Source: Lysobacteraceae bacterium (lineage in GTDB: Bacteria; Pseudomonadota; Gammaproteobacteria; Xanthomonadales; Xanthomonadaceae). Taken from it: 64,000 nucleotides of DNA. Shown here piece by piece: positions 10,092 to 19,001 of the stretch (its first letter is position 1; each line of letters begins with the position of its first letter). A model generated the notes under the pieces. The model did not search any database. It was not told where the DNA came from and was given only the letters and a program-made list of their open reading frames with translations. A program made the position numbers and the translations under genes. Where the stretch lies: positions 68,403 through 132,402 of the forward strand of contig JBGSID010000048.1 of assembly GCA_041751895.1 (NCBI GenBank), written 5' to 3'.

Positions 10092-11197
10092 ACGGCAATA
10101 CACAGGAAGCGGATCAGTATTTCCGGACGACGTTGGGTCTTGGGTATCAGGATCTGCTTGCCGCCATTTCCGGCGAAAATCCGGAAGGCATTCCCGCTGC
10201 CGAAGACGAGAGCTACCGTCGCATCCGCCATGAGCGTGAAGAAGAGGATGCGAGTCTTCCGTTGGGCGCGTGGGAACGCAAACTCAAGCGCGCCAACTGG
10301 GATGCGGCGAGTGAGCTGGCGGCACGCGCCCTGGCGACCAAGAGCAAGGATCTGCAATTGGCCGCCTGGTTGTTCGAATCATTGATTGCGCGCACCGGCT
10401 TCCAGGCATTGGCGCCTTGTCTGGAATTGATCGATGCGCTCTTCGTCCAGTATGGCGAACGATTGCATCCACAAGACAACGACCATCGTGTCAACCTGAT
10501 GTCGTGGATCGGTCAAAAGCTGCTGCCTCCCTTGCGGAGAGTCGCGATCACGGCCACCGGGACCGAGCACGACTTTGCATGGAACGACTGGGAGCAGGCG
10601 CAACGCAATGAACAGCTCCGTGCTGCATTGGGCAAGCAGCGGGAGGCGGAAATCGAAGGGGCATTGCTCAACGACGTGAACGCCGCGCTTGCGTGCACAC
10701 CCGATGCGAGAATCGTGTTTCTGCAGGGTTGTCTGGTCGACGGCATTGCCGCGTCGCAAGCGTTGGAAATCACGTTGGATGCTCAACTCGGCGAAGATGC
10801 TCCAAGCCTGAGCGCGATGCGCACACTGCTGGAACGCATCGAAGCGGTGCTGATGGCCGAAGCGCGCCGTCGCGGCTTCACAGCATCCGTGCACAGTGAA
10901 GAACCGGAGCAGGGCGACACAAACCCGGATTTCAGGCACATGGAAGAACACGCTACCGGTTCGCTGGATCGTCGTGAGGTATATGCCGCTCTGGCCGAGA
11001 TCGCGCATGTCCTCGAGCGGATCGAACCACACAGCCCTGTGCCGTATCTCATTCGCCGCGCTGTGGCCTGGGGCGGGCTGAACACCGCACAGCTCTACCA
11101 CGAAGTGTTCGTCCGCTGCGGCGGACAGATCAATATATTCGAATTGTTGGGCTTGGCTGATCCAACAGCCGAGGACACGCACGAGGTTGCGGGATGA
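10088..11197 (+). CDS. tssA: T6SS protein TssA (ImpA N-terminal domain)
   Basis: LLAAISGENPEG, SKDLQLAAWL and C-terminal EPHSPVPYLIRRAVAWG motifs. ATG at 10088 overlaps the tssM stop (ATGA). Confidence 0.9.
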   Translation: MNGNTQEADQYFRTTLGLGYQDLLAAISGENPEGIPAAEDESYRRIRHEREEEDASLPLGAWERKLKRANWDAASELAARALATKSKDLQLAAWLFESLIARTGFQALAPCLELIDALFVQYGERLHPQDNDHRVNLMSWIGQKLLPPLRRVAITATGTEHDFAWNDWEQAQRNEQLRAALGKQREAEIEGALLNDVNAALACTPDARIVFLQGCLVDGIAASQALEITLDAQLGEDAPSLSAMRTLLERIEAVLMAEARRRGFTASVHSEEPEQGDTNPDFRHMEEHATGSLDRREVYAALAEIAHVLERIEPHSPVPYLIRRAVAWGGLNTAQLYHEVFVRCGGQINIFELLGLADPTAEDTHEVAG

Positions 11198-11300
11198 GGC
11201 ATGTGGTTGCGAAACACAACGCACGTTTTCGGCCGATGGTTGGCGGGCGACCACGCCCGATAGCTGCGCACGATGCGCGGCTCAGCAAGGGAGCAGGATC

Positions 11301-12170
11301 ATGAGTGGTCCGTCTCGACAGGGGCCAACCGTGAAGCCGATTGCGATGATCATCGCAGCACAGATGCGTGTCGCAATACCGAAGGCAGCAACGGCGTCTC
11401 ATCACGCGCCGGTCAATGTCAAATCCGCATTGAACAAGGCAGCCAATTCGTCGCCGGCTGCAAAAGCGGCATTCAAGCGGAATGCGCCAGCAGTGAAGGC
11501 AGCGACGCCTCATCTCAAGGCGCTGGCGAAACAACCTGGCAAGGCGCCAATGTCTTCTTTACGGCATGGCATTTCTGCGGTGCATTCGCTGCGCAAGGTG
11601 ACTCGGGATATGGCAAAGCAGCAGTCGAAGTCGGGCGCTCCCGAGATCAAGTCGAGCCATGCGCTGACGCCGAGAGCTGGAAAACACGTCGATGCCATCC
11701 AACAATCGATGCAGCGTTCCAAGCCCGGCCTGCTGTCCGCGTTGGGTCACGGGGTACAGGCGATGCGGGCCATGCGCAGCGTCACCAAAGACATGAAAAA
11801 AAACCAGCCTGCTTCTCTGCTCTCGGCCGCATCCGCTCTCAATGACGCCAAGGCTTCATCGCCGAAAGTCGCACAGGCATTCAGGCAGGCCGCGCCGTCT
11901 GCAGCGAAAGCGAGTGCCCATATCGACGCGCTCGCACAGAATCAGCAGCGATCCAGTCCGAGCTTGCTGTCATCGCTCGGGCACGGATTCCAAGCGATGC
12001 GCGCGCTCCGAGGCGTTACAAAAGCCATGGCCCATCCAGGGAAGACTGAAGCCTTGCAAACGCATGCATTATCCCTTCGGGTCATGCCCTCGGATCGTAT
12101 CGCGACCACGCAGGTTGGGCGTCCGGGCAGCGACTCACTTTCAGCATTCACCAAGACGAAATCAAAATGA
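11301..12170 (+). CDS. Hypothetical basic Ala/Lys/Ser-rich protein with three internal ~40-aa repeats
   Basis: ATG at 11301 follows a purine-rich GGGAGCAGGA tract. Repeat consensus is H.xA...L.HG..A+..+R.VT+.M. Confidence 0.65.
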   Translation: MSGPSRQGPTVKPIAMIIAAQMRVAIPKAATASHHAPVNVKSALNKAANSSPAAKAAFKRNAPAVKAATPHLKALAKQPGKAPMSSLRHGISAVHSLRKVTRDMAKQQSKSGAPEIKSSHALTPRAGKHVDAIQQSMQRSKPGLLSALGHGVQAMRAMRSVTKDMKKNQPASLLSAASALNDAKASSPKVAQAFRQAAPSAAKASAHIDALAQNQQRSSPSLLSSLGHGFQAMRALRGVTKAMAHPGKTEALQTHALSLRVMPSDRIATTQVGRPGSDSLSAFTKTKSK

Positions 12171-12236
12171 AGGTGCGTCCATATCTCGGCGTCAGTGCCG
12201 CGACGAGATCGTGCCGATGTGATGGTGCAGGAGGGC

Positions 12237-13535
12237 ATGATGCAACTTGAGATCACCTCAGGCGACAACAACGTCGCTTCAGTTTCGCAACGCTACATGC
12301 GCATAGCACAGCTGCCGCATTCGAGCGGACGTCTGCGTGCTTTGCGAGAAGCCGAAGACGATGCACATGCCATCCTGTCGTTTCTGGTCACGGGGATGGT
12401 AACGCATGCGATCGACCTGACAGAAGCGCTCTGGATCATCGACCTCGCGCCGGGGGATGGCGAACGCGCATGGCGCGTATTGAAGCATTTGTCCGAACGT
12501 GCGCCTCGTGCGCCACCGATCCGCTATCTGGCATGCTGCCTCACACCCGAGCATTACCAGAGACTCGTCTCGCATCGGTATTTGCAGCCCCTCATCGCCA
12601 ATGGAAGATTGTCTCTCGATCGCGATGGAAAGGGTTTGCCTTCACATCGCGTGTGCAATCCGATCGTGGTATTGGCGCATGAGGGATTCTCTGCGCGGGC
12701 GCAGTGTGTCTATGCCGCGCATTTCGGCGAGTTGTTTGAGGCATGGAGCGATCACGACGGGAAGATCGACTGGCGTGCGATCAGTCAGCGTGATGGCATG
12801 ATGCCTCTGCTTGCAGCGTATCGTCAGCCTCTCGGAAGCTCGACATTCACCTTGCCGCGCGGCGGGATGGAAATCCTTTCCGATCTGCTCGGTATCAGTG
12901 GTGGTCGGCTCTTGTTGAGGGCCTCCGATCTCGGCGCAGGAGAGATCGTACAGATTCGCAAGGGTCTGCTCGACCCGTCATTGTCCGGTCGGACGACAGC
13001 CAGTCGGCTTCCCGTCAATTTCGAAGCATTGGCGCGCTGGCATCGCGCGAACGGAGGCGCCGCCCATCAGATGCAGCGCGACGATGACGGGCGTGTATTG
13101 CATGTCGCCCTGCACGATGCCGCTGATGGCCGGCTGCAGGAGTGTCTTCCCGACGTGCTCGGTCTGCCGCATCCGGATGACCATGTGCAGATATTGCTGG
13201 CGTTGGATGCGTTATCCACGATGTCGCCCGCACAGTGTCTGGCCGTGCTGCATGCGCATGCGGGCGATCAGCGCGCCCTTCTTGCCTTATCGCGACAGAT
13301 TCTGGCAGCGGCACCCGCATTGACGGGCACCGCGCTGGCGCAATGGCGGGACATGCTCGCGTATTGCTCGGCACAGTATTACCCGCCTTGTGAAGAAGAC
13401 GCTGTGGACAATGGTCTGCATGAAGACATTCCCGCACTGATCGCCAGGATTGCGTCATCGTTCCGCGATGCGTCGCAGCCATGTGAGGCTGCACTCGTGC
13501 GAACCATTGCGAATAAGGACTCATTGCCCACGTGA
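12237..13535 (+). CDS. Degenerate SAM-dependent methyltransferase-like protein (MidA/NDUFAF7-like fold)
   Basis: IIDLAPGDG motif-I-like segment, NPIVVLAH, SGGRLLLRASDLG and PVNFEAL recall a bacterial MidA-like family (recalled by eye). RBS GGAGG precedes ATG 12237/12240. Confidence 0.5.
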   Translation: MMQLEITSGDNNVASVSQRYMRIAQLPHSSGRLRALREAEDDAHAILSFLVTGMVTHAIDLTEALWIIDLAPGDGERAWRVLKHLSERAPRAPPIRYLACCLTPEHYQRLVSHRYLQPLIANGRLSLDRDGKGLPSHRVCNPIVVLAHEGFSARAQCVYAAHFGELFEAWSDHDGKIDWRAISQRDGMMPLLAAYRQPLGSSTFTLPRGGMEILSDLLGISGGRLLLRASDLGAGEIVQIRKGLLDPSLSGRTTASRLPVNFEALARWHRANGGAAHQMQRDDDGRVLHVALHDAADGRLQECLPDVLGLPHPDDHVQILLALDALSTMSPAQCLAVLHAHAGDQRALLALSRQILAAAPALTGTALAQWRDMLAYCSAQYYPPCEEDAVDNGLHEDIPALIARIASSFRDASQPCEAALVRTIANKDSLPT

Positions 13536-13653
13536 TTGCCATGGAAAGAGCAGGCTGAAGTTGAAATGCGCGGTACGTTCATCACATGACTGCTTCTGGC
13601 AAACAGGTGATGAGCCGACTTCCATTTTTGAGAAAATCTGAAGGAGAAAGCTG

Positions 13654-14379
13654 ATGGGTAAAGTGTATAAAGCCCCGCCCAGGGTTAAAAAATCCAGGAT
13701 CACGTCGACAGCGCGTGGCTATTTCCATGATCTTGATCCGTACAAGTTCCACGCGACCAAACAGGATGCGACCAAGGATCGGTCGTCGATGTTGCAAATG
13801 CAGGATGTCAAGAGCCGCGCACCGCGCGTCAGCACCTTCTACACCATTCTTCAGGACAAGCGTAAGAACAATCCACAAAAATTCGGAAACGTGCCGCAAG
13901 GCCCACATACCTTCCCCCATCACGGCATTCACACCGGCATCGTGGAAGCGTATTCGCAGGACAAGCTTTCGTTGTTCTCATCGGTGATTCCAAGCCCATC
14001 CCAATACAACGCACGAGTCGATGCGGAAATACCGATGGGTCACCTCAAACGGCCACGCGCCGAGCTTACGAAAGTGATTTTCAAGAAACGGCATGCACGA
14101 TTCGAAAGACTGGCGAAATTGATGACGCCGAACAGGATACGCAAGATTGAATGGGCGCACGTGACCAACAAGCTCCTGCAGATGGATCCCTACGGCTCAT
14201 ACAGTTACAAAGGTAAAGGTGCGGGAAAGAAGGCGTTGAGCGGGAAAGGCGAAAGCTCGCTGCTGCCACTTGCCCAGCAGGTTGATCTTCCTTCGAACAG
14301 CGGCTTCAACCATATTTCTGGCGTTACGACACGTAGCCAGTCGCTGCTCAAGATATTGGGCAAGGTCGGCGTTCAATAA
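13654..14379 (+). CDS. Hypothetical highly basic protein, candidate secreted effector
   Basis: RBS AAGGAG. Lys/Arg-rich, with a His cluster GPHTFPHHGIH. Looks less GC-rich than the PKS genes. Confidence 0.6.
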   Translation: MGKVYKAPPRVKKSRITSTARGYFHDLDPYKFHATKQDATKDRSSMLQMQDVKSRAPRVSTFYTILQDKRKNNPQKFGNVPQGPHTFPHHGIHTGIVEAYSQDKLSLFSSVIPSPSQYNARVDAEIPMGHLKRPRAELTKVIFKKRHARFERLAKLMTPNRIRKIEWAHVTNKLLQMDPYGSYSYKGKGAGKKALSGKGESSLLPLAQQVDLPSNSGFNHISGVTTRSQSLLKILGKVGVQ

Positions 14380-14408
14380 TTGCATCACCTCAGAAAAAGG
14401 ATCAAGCC

Positions 14409-15215
14409 ATGAGCAGTGCGAGTCGTGGAGGGCGCGGTGGTGGTCGAGGCGGATATCAGGGACGTGGCGGTGGGTCTGGTCGGGGGAGGGGAGAGAAGCA
14501 ACCCGTTTCGAAAGAGTTGTCACCGATGCCGGATCGCCGTGTGCCGAAAAGCACGCAGACAGGTTCGGCTTCGCCGATGGTCAGGCGTATGGACAGTCTT
14601 GCGCGCCTGATGCATGTCAGGGGCTCGTTTGTCACGGCGGTCGGTTATGACGCGAATAGCAGGAACATGCTGGTCGCAGCCAATCAGCATCCCGCTGGAC
14701 ATGAGGGCTACTTCGAGGAAGTCGGGCGACGTGTCGGTGTAATCCAGAATTTCACGGCGGGTGAAATGCACCTGCACGATGCGGTCGCTGCGCTGCGCAA
14801 TCAGGACTATTCAGATCGCAGGCTGGGGCGCGACCTCAAGAAATTATCTCGGAGCCTTCGTGGCGGCTATGACCCATCTTCGGGCAGGAACTTTCCCAAG
14901 GAGATGGCTTCCGACTTCATGGAGCGATCATGGCTGGCCCATCGTGGTGGCGATGATGTGCACGCTGAGCTCGATGTCGCGCGTCGCGCACAGCAGGGCG
15001 CGATTGGCGTATCTCGCCTCAACTGCCTGGACTGTCATGAGCATATACAAGAAAATTTCAATGGTCAGATAGAAACGCGCGGAACGCATGGGTTTGCTTT
15101 CAGGGGCTGGAAAAACCCGGGCACACGTCGCAATGCATGGAATACTTCGTCCAAGGGCCGGATGCCGGATCATCATCAATTCCCGGACGATTCCGACAGT
15201 GATAGTGACGGATAA
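14409..15215 (+). CDS. RGG-box protein with a C-terminal Zn-dependent nucleic-acid deaminase (OTT_1508-like)
   Basis: HAE at 14961, IGVSRLNCLDC (CxxC at 15024-15035), RGTHG...W..P. N-terminal RGGRGGGRGG and acidic tail DDSDSDSDG. Confidence 0.72.
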   Translation: MSSASRGGRGGGRGGYQGRGGGSGRGRGEKQPVSKELSPMPDRRVPKSTQTGSASPMVRRMDSLARLMHVRGSFVTAVGYDANSRNMLVAANQHPAGHEGYFEEVGRRVGVIQNFTAGEMHLHDAVAALRNQDYSDRRLGRDLKKLSRSLRGGYDPSSGRNFPKEMASDFMERSWLAHRGGDDVHAELDVARRAQQGAIGVSRLNCLDCHEHIQENFNGQIETRGTHGFAFRGWKNPGTRRNAWNTSSKGRMPDHHQFPDDSDSDSDG

Positions 15216-15352
15216 GCGCAGCGGCTATCGCGCCTGATCGATTGCGTCTGATCTATCTATCCTGGTTTATCTCCCCTGATCAATCATGCCTGTGTCACAA
15301 CCGTCAGACTCAGGGCAGCATCGATAGCACCCTGATGACACACCGTGATGTG

Positions 15353-18010
15353 TCAGTCTGGCGCGTTGAGGAACAACCGCATGAAACGTTCGGCGATGAC
15401 CGGGTCAAGGCCGTAGCGCCCTGGATCTATCGCCATGCGCTGCGCGATCGCGGCCACCTTGCGATATTCGTCAGGGCTCTGCGCGCAATGCTGCAGCAGT
15501 TGCCGGGTCTGGTCTTCCAGCGAGGAGTTCGCTGCGAGCCATCGTGGATCCAGTCGGGCCAGACGCGAGAAAGCGTCTTCCGGAAGCCCATCTGACCGCC
15601 ATTGGAAGCGCAGCGCGCTGCCGTTGTGGCGCGCGACCAGCGGCAGTGTCTGACCTGTGGAGACCCTGGCTTCGGGCAGGAATTGCAGCCCCTGTTTCCA
15701 GTGCAGGGCATCGCCATCGGGGGCATTGGACAGTGTAGTTTCGCCATCAAGGTGCAGATCGAACCAGAACAGGAGAGCGCCGACCGTGCCGTCTGCGATA
15801 ACGGCAGGATCAAGCGTCATTTCCATGGGATCCGGTCCTGCCGTGGCGAAATCGAAATCGAACAGATCGAATGGCTCCGTCAGCGGCCGATAATCGAGTG
15901 TGTTTGCGTCGACGTTCACGAATTCCGGTGACGCGAGATAGGGATTGAACAGGTTGGCATCGACATCGAGTATTCGGTCGATACGGTATTCCACCACGAG
16001 CCCTCGCAAGCGGGCGCCTGCAGGCAGGTAGCGTGCATCCGCGCGCAACAGGTGCTCGCGGGCATGCGCGAGGAAATGCAGCACGCCTTCTCCGATCAGG
16101 CTGCAGTCGAACAGTTCAAAAAAGGCCAGATCGGCGCGTTCCGGCAGATCTTCGCTGACCTGCAACGCACGGCAGTCTTTCTCGATCAACTCGACGCGTC
16201 CGTTGTAACCGTTCGCGGCCAGGGTTTCGCGACCGACAGCGGCGATTGCCGGCGATTGTTCGCAGCCGATCACGTGCTCGGCACCGGCTTCCGCCGCCAG
16301 CATCGACAGCAATCCCGTCCCGGCACCGATGTCGAGTGCGAGTTGTACGGGGGCCTGCTGCATGGCAGCACGCAGCGCCTTTCGATACGCGTTGTTGCGG
16401 CGTGCGTCGCCGAGCATCGGCACGTACCAGGACGGCAGAATTTGTGCATGCTGCCGCGTCGGTGCGGGCACGGTCCGTGCATGCACGCGGGTCTCGTGGA
16501 CCTCGATGTGCAGGTGTACCGGTTCGCCAGCATGCACGGTGAGGCCATCGACGCCATGCACAGCGGGACGCAGGCAACGCAGGCCACTGTCGGGTGCGCT
16601 GCTCAGTCGCCCTTCGCCCAACGCCAGATCAAACCAGACCAGGATGGCATCGACGCGGCCATCGCATAGTGCCGGAATTTCGTATTCCTGCACGCTTTCC
16701 GTGAATGCCGCGAAATCAAGGGTGCCGACTTCGACCGGCGAGGTGAGCGCGACCCAGAACGTGCGGTCGAGCTCCAGCGGCTGAGGATACGCACTCCAGC
16801 GAAGGCGATTGACGGCCTGCAGGTCGAAGCCTGTGCTCGTTTCGTCGTCTGGATAACGCCACTGGATGGCCATCGCATGCAGCGTCGCCCGCGACGGTAA
16901 CACTTGCGGTGTACTGCCGTCCTCGCGCCGGCATGTGCGTACCGCAGGTACGATGCCTGTGCCGAGTAACGTGTGATCAATTCCTGGAAAAGCGACGACA
17001 TCGCATGGCATCGTTGCAACATCGCCACCGGGGGCAGCGATATCCACTGCCTGTGCGAATGTCTCGAATGAAGCACGACGTTCGTCTTCGCTCCAGTCGC
17101 GAATCGCGCTGCCGTTCTGTGCATGCCACGCGCCGAGAAAATGCTTCTGTACCATGCCTGTGACGATGCGCGCGTCGACTGGATGACGTTCGACGCAGAG
17201 TGCGTGTTCCGCACCATGGTGGATTGCACGGAGCGCGAGAACGCCCAGTTCGCTACCGACGAAGCGGACACGGCAGTTTGCGGTGGCGGCGAGCGCGCGA
17301 CCCCATGCGTCACGCCAGCGCGGATCCTGGAGGCGCGTAATGGCATTGCGCGGTGATGCCTGCCCGCCGTAACGCTCGATGTGTCGTGCGAGGCCATCAA
17401 TACGGAATGCATCGGCGTCGGCCGGCATCGACGGATTATCGCGGAGCGCGGGATCGAAGCGTATTTCGGGTAAAGGCGGCAACTCGATCTGCAGCGCATC
17501 GTCGGTTGCAGACGGATCCAACACCTGACGCAGTGCTTCCGCCTTGCGTTGTTCGCCATCAAGTTTGCGGACATGTTCAGTCAGCGCACTATCCGGTGAG
17601 ATGGCAAGTGCACGACGGTATGCCGCCAGCGCCTGTCCGATATCACCCAGGCTTTCATGCGCTTTGCCAGCGATACGTAGCGCCTCAGTGCTGTCCTTGG
17701 TGTTTTCTTTGACGTGTTCGAGAAGATGCTGTGCGTCTTCGAGTGCCTCGCGATGTAATTCCAGACGCAGGCGCAATCGCGCGCGTGCCGTCCGGGCGCC
17801 TGCGCGATCAGGCGCGGCGTCTACTGCGCAGTCGCGATAGAACAAGGCCTCTTCGATCCGTCCACCGCGTTCGCAGTCGTCGGCAAGACGGTCCAGCAGC
17901 GGTATCGCCTGCTGCATCGCGCCTCGTGGAACCTGGGACAACGCATGACGCATCCGGTCCGGCTCGCCGGATTCCAGTGCCATGCCCAGGTGCTTGCTCC
18001 AATCGCTCAT
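15353..18010 (-). CDS. TPR + tandem protein-arginine-methyltransferase-like (PRMT7/PRMT9-like) protein
   Basis: N-terminal TPR helices. C-terminal module has MLGD..RN..Y, LDIGAGTGLLS, double-E loop ELFDCSLIGE and LHWKQ (THW loop). First module is degenerate. GGAG RBS favours ATG at 18010. Confidence 0.8.
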   Translation of the reverse strand: MSDWSKHLGMALESGEPDRMRHALSQVPRGAMQQAIPLLDRLADDCERGGRIEEALFYRDCAVDAAPDRAGARTARARLRLRLELHREALEDAQHLLEHVKENTKDSTEALRIAGKAHESLGDIGQALAAYRRALAISPDSALTEHVRKLDGEQRKAEALRQVLDPSATDDALQIELPPLPEIRFDPALRDNPSMPADADAFRIDGLARHIERYGGQASPRNAITRLQDPRWRDAWGRALAATANCRVRFVGSELGVLALRAIHHGAEHALCVERHPVDARIVTGMVQKHFLGAWHAQNGSAIRDWSEDERRASFETFAQAVDIAAPGGDVATMPCDVVAFPGIDHTLLGTGIVPAVRTCRREDGSTPQVLPSRATLHAMAIQWRYPDDETSTGFDLQAVNRLRWSAYPQPLELDRTFWVALTSPVEVGTLDFAAFTESVQEYEIPALCDGRVDAILVWFDLALGEGRLSSAPDSGLRCLRPAVHGVDGLTVHAGEPVHLHIEVHETRVHARTVPAPTRQHAQILPSWYVPMLGDARRNNAYRKALRAAMQQAPVQLALDIGAGTGLLSMLAAEAGAEHVIGCEQSPAIAAVGRETLAANGYNGRVELIEKDCRALQVSEDLPERADLAFFELFDCSLIGEGVLHFLAHAREHLLRADARYLPAGARLRGLVVEYRIDRILDVDANLFNPYLASPEFVNVDANTLDYRPLTEPFDLFDFDFATAGPDPMEMTLDPAVIADGTVGALLFWFDLHLDGETTLSNAPDGDALHWKQGLQFLPEARVSTGQTLPLVARHNGSALRFQWRSDGLPEDAFSRLARLDPRWLAANSSLEDQTRQLLQHCAQSPDEYRKVAAIAQRMAIDPGRYGLDPVIAERFMRLFLNAPD

Positions 18011-18047
18011 GGATGCTCCGTATTTCTTTCGCTTCGGCGGTTGAACA

Positions 18048-18998
18048 TCACCGGGAAGCCAGTAATGCATTCAGGTTGCGTACGTCCTGTCCATATGGAG
18101 TGATCACCGCATGGGTGGTGGATGCCGAGCCCCGGGGCAGGGCGTACTTGAGGAAAGTAGCCATGGTGCCTGACGGGCCGACGTCGATGTATTGGTACGG
18201 CCCTTCGCCGTCGAGTCGCACGATCGTGTGTAGAAACCCGATCGGTCGGCGTGTGACATGCCACAGATCATCTTGCGTCAGCGCGGGGACGTTGGTTTCC
18301 GTGCGGTCGCAGCAGACCAGGGGCATCGTCGCACGGCGCAACGTCAGGTTGCGGACGGATTCCAGGAATGTGTCGCGCGCATGATCGACCCAGCGCGAAT
18401 GGAAGGCGAAAGACACCGCGAGACGTTGATGGACGATGCCGCGATGTTTGAGTTCCGCCTCGATCGCGCCCAGCTCGGATGTGGGGGCGGCGATGGCGAA
18501 ATGTTTGTCGAAATTCAGGGCAGCGATTTCGCTGCTGCGATGGAGGAAGGGCTCTTGGGCATGGAGTGTCGGTGCATCGAGGATCGCGATCATGCCGCCG
18601 GGTTTGCAGGTGTTCTCGAAGGCGCGTGCCTGTGCGATCACGGCAGTCATCGCCGTTGCTTCATCCATGCAGCCTGCCACAGTGGCCGCAGCGAACACGC
18701 CAAGACTGGTGCCGAGCACTGCATCCGGCACGAGGCCGCCCTCAATCAGACGCAAGGCGAGGGCATATTCGATCATGAAGATCGCGGGATGGGTGAGAAG
18801 CGTCCGGTCGAAACTCTCGGACTTGTCGCCGGCAAAGATGGCTTCCAGCACGCGTTCACCGGACAGCGCGTGTGCCAGCGCGTCGAGGCGCTGCACGTGC
18901 TCGCGGAAGACCTGGTCGCTGTCGAACAGGGGCTGTCCCATCCGGTAGTACTGCGAGCCTTGTCCGGAAAAACAGAAGACCGTCCTTGTAGGCGGCAT
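18048..18998 (-). CDS. Stand-alone acyltransferase-fold protein, PksD/PedC-type acyl hydrolase (proofreading)
   Basis: FSGQGSQYY.MG, THPAIFMIEY, GTSLG nucleophile and AFHS. Gln replaces the malonyl-binding Arg (VIAQA). Confidence 0.8.
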   Translation of the reverse strand: MPPTRTVFCFSGQGSQYYRMGQPLFDSDQVFREHVQRLDALAHALSGERVLEAIFAGDKSESFDRTLLTHPAIFMIEYALALRLIEGGLVPDAVLGTSLGVFAAATVAGCMDEATAMTAVIAQARAFENTCKPGGMIAILDAPTLHAQEPFLHRSSEIAALNFDKHFAIAAPTSELGAIEAELKHRGIVHQRLAVSFAFHSRWVDHARDTFLESVRNLTLRRATMPLVCCDRTETNVPALTQDDLWHVTRRPIGFLHTIVRLDGEGPYQYIDVGPSGTMATFLKYALPRGSASTTHAVITPYGQDVRNLNALLASR

Positions 18999-19001
18999 CA
19001 A

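Noticed and set aside
7569-10103. 844-aa antisense ORF (also 24968-27544, 28257-30431, 46442-49879, 52028-53905 and others)
   Set aside because: These are shadow ORFs opposite well-supported genes in GC-rich DNA, with no recognisable motifs.
15353-18010. Ribosomal protein L11 methyltransferase PrmA
   Set aside because: It is far larger than PrmA and has TPRs, a double-E loop, an HW loop and a duplicated module.
18048-18998. Malonyl-CoA loading trans-AT
   Set aside because: It has GTSLG rather than GHSLG and Gln at the conserved Arg position, which fits the acyl-hydrolase clade.
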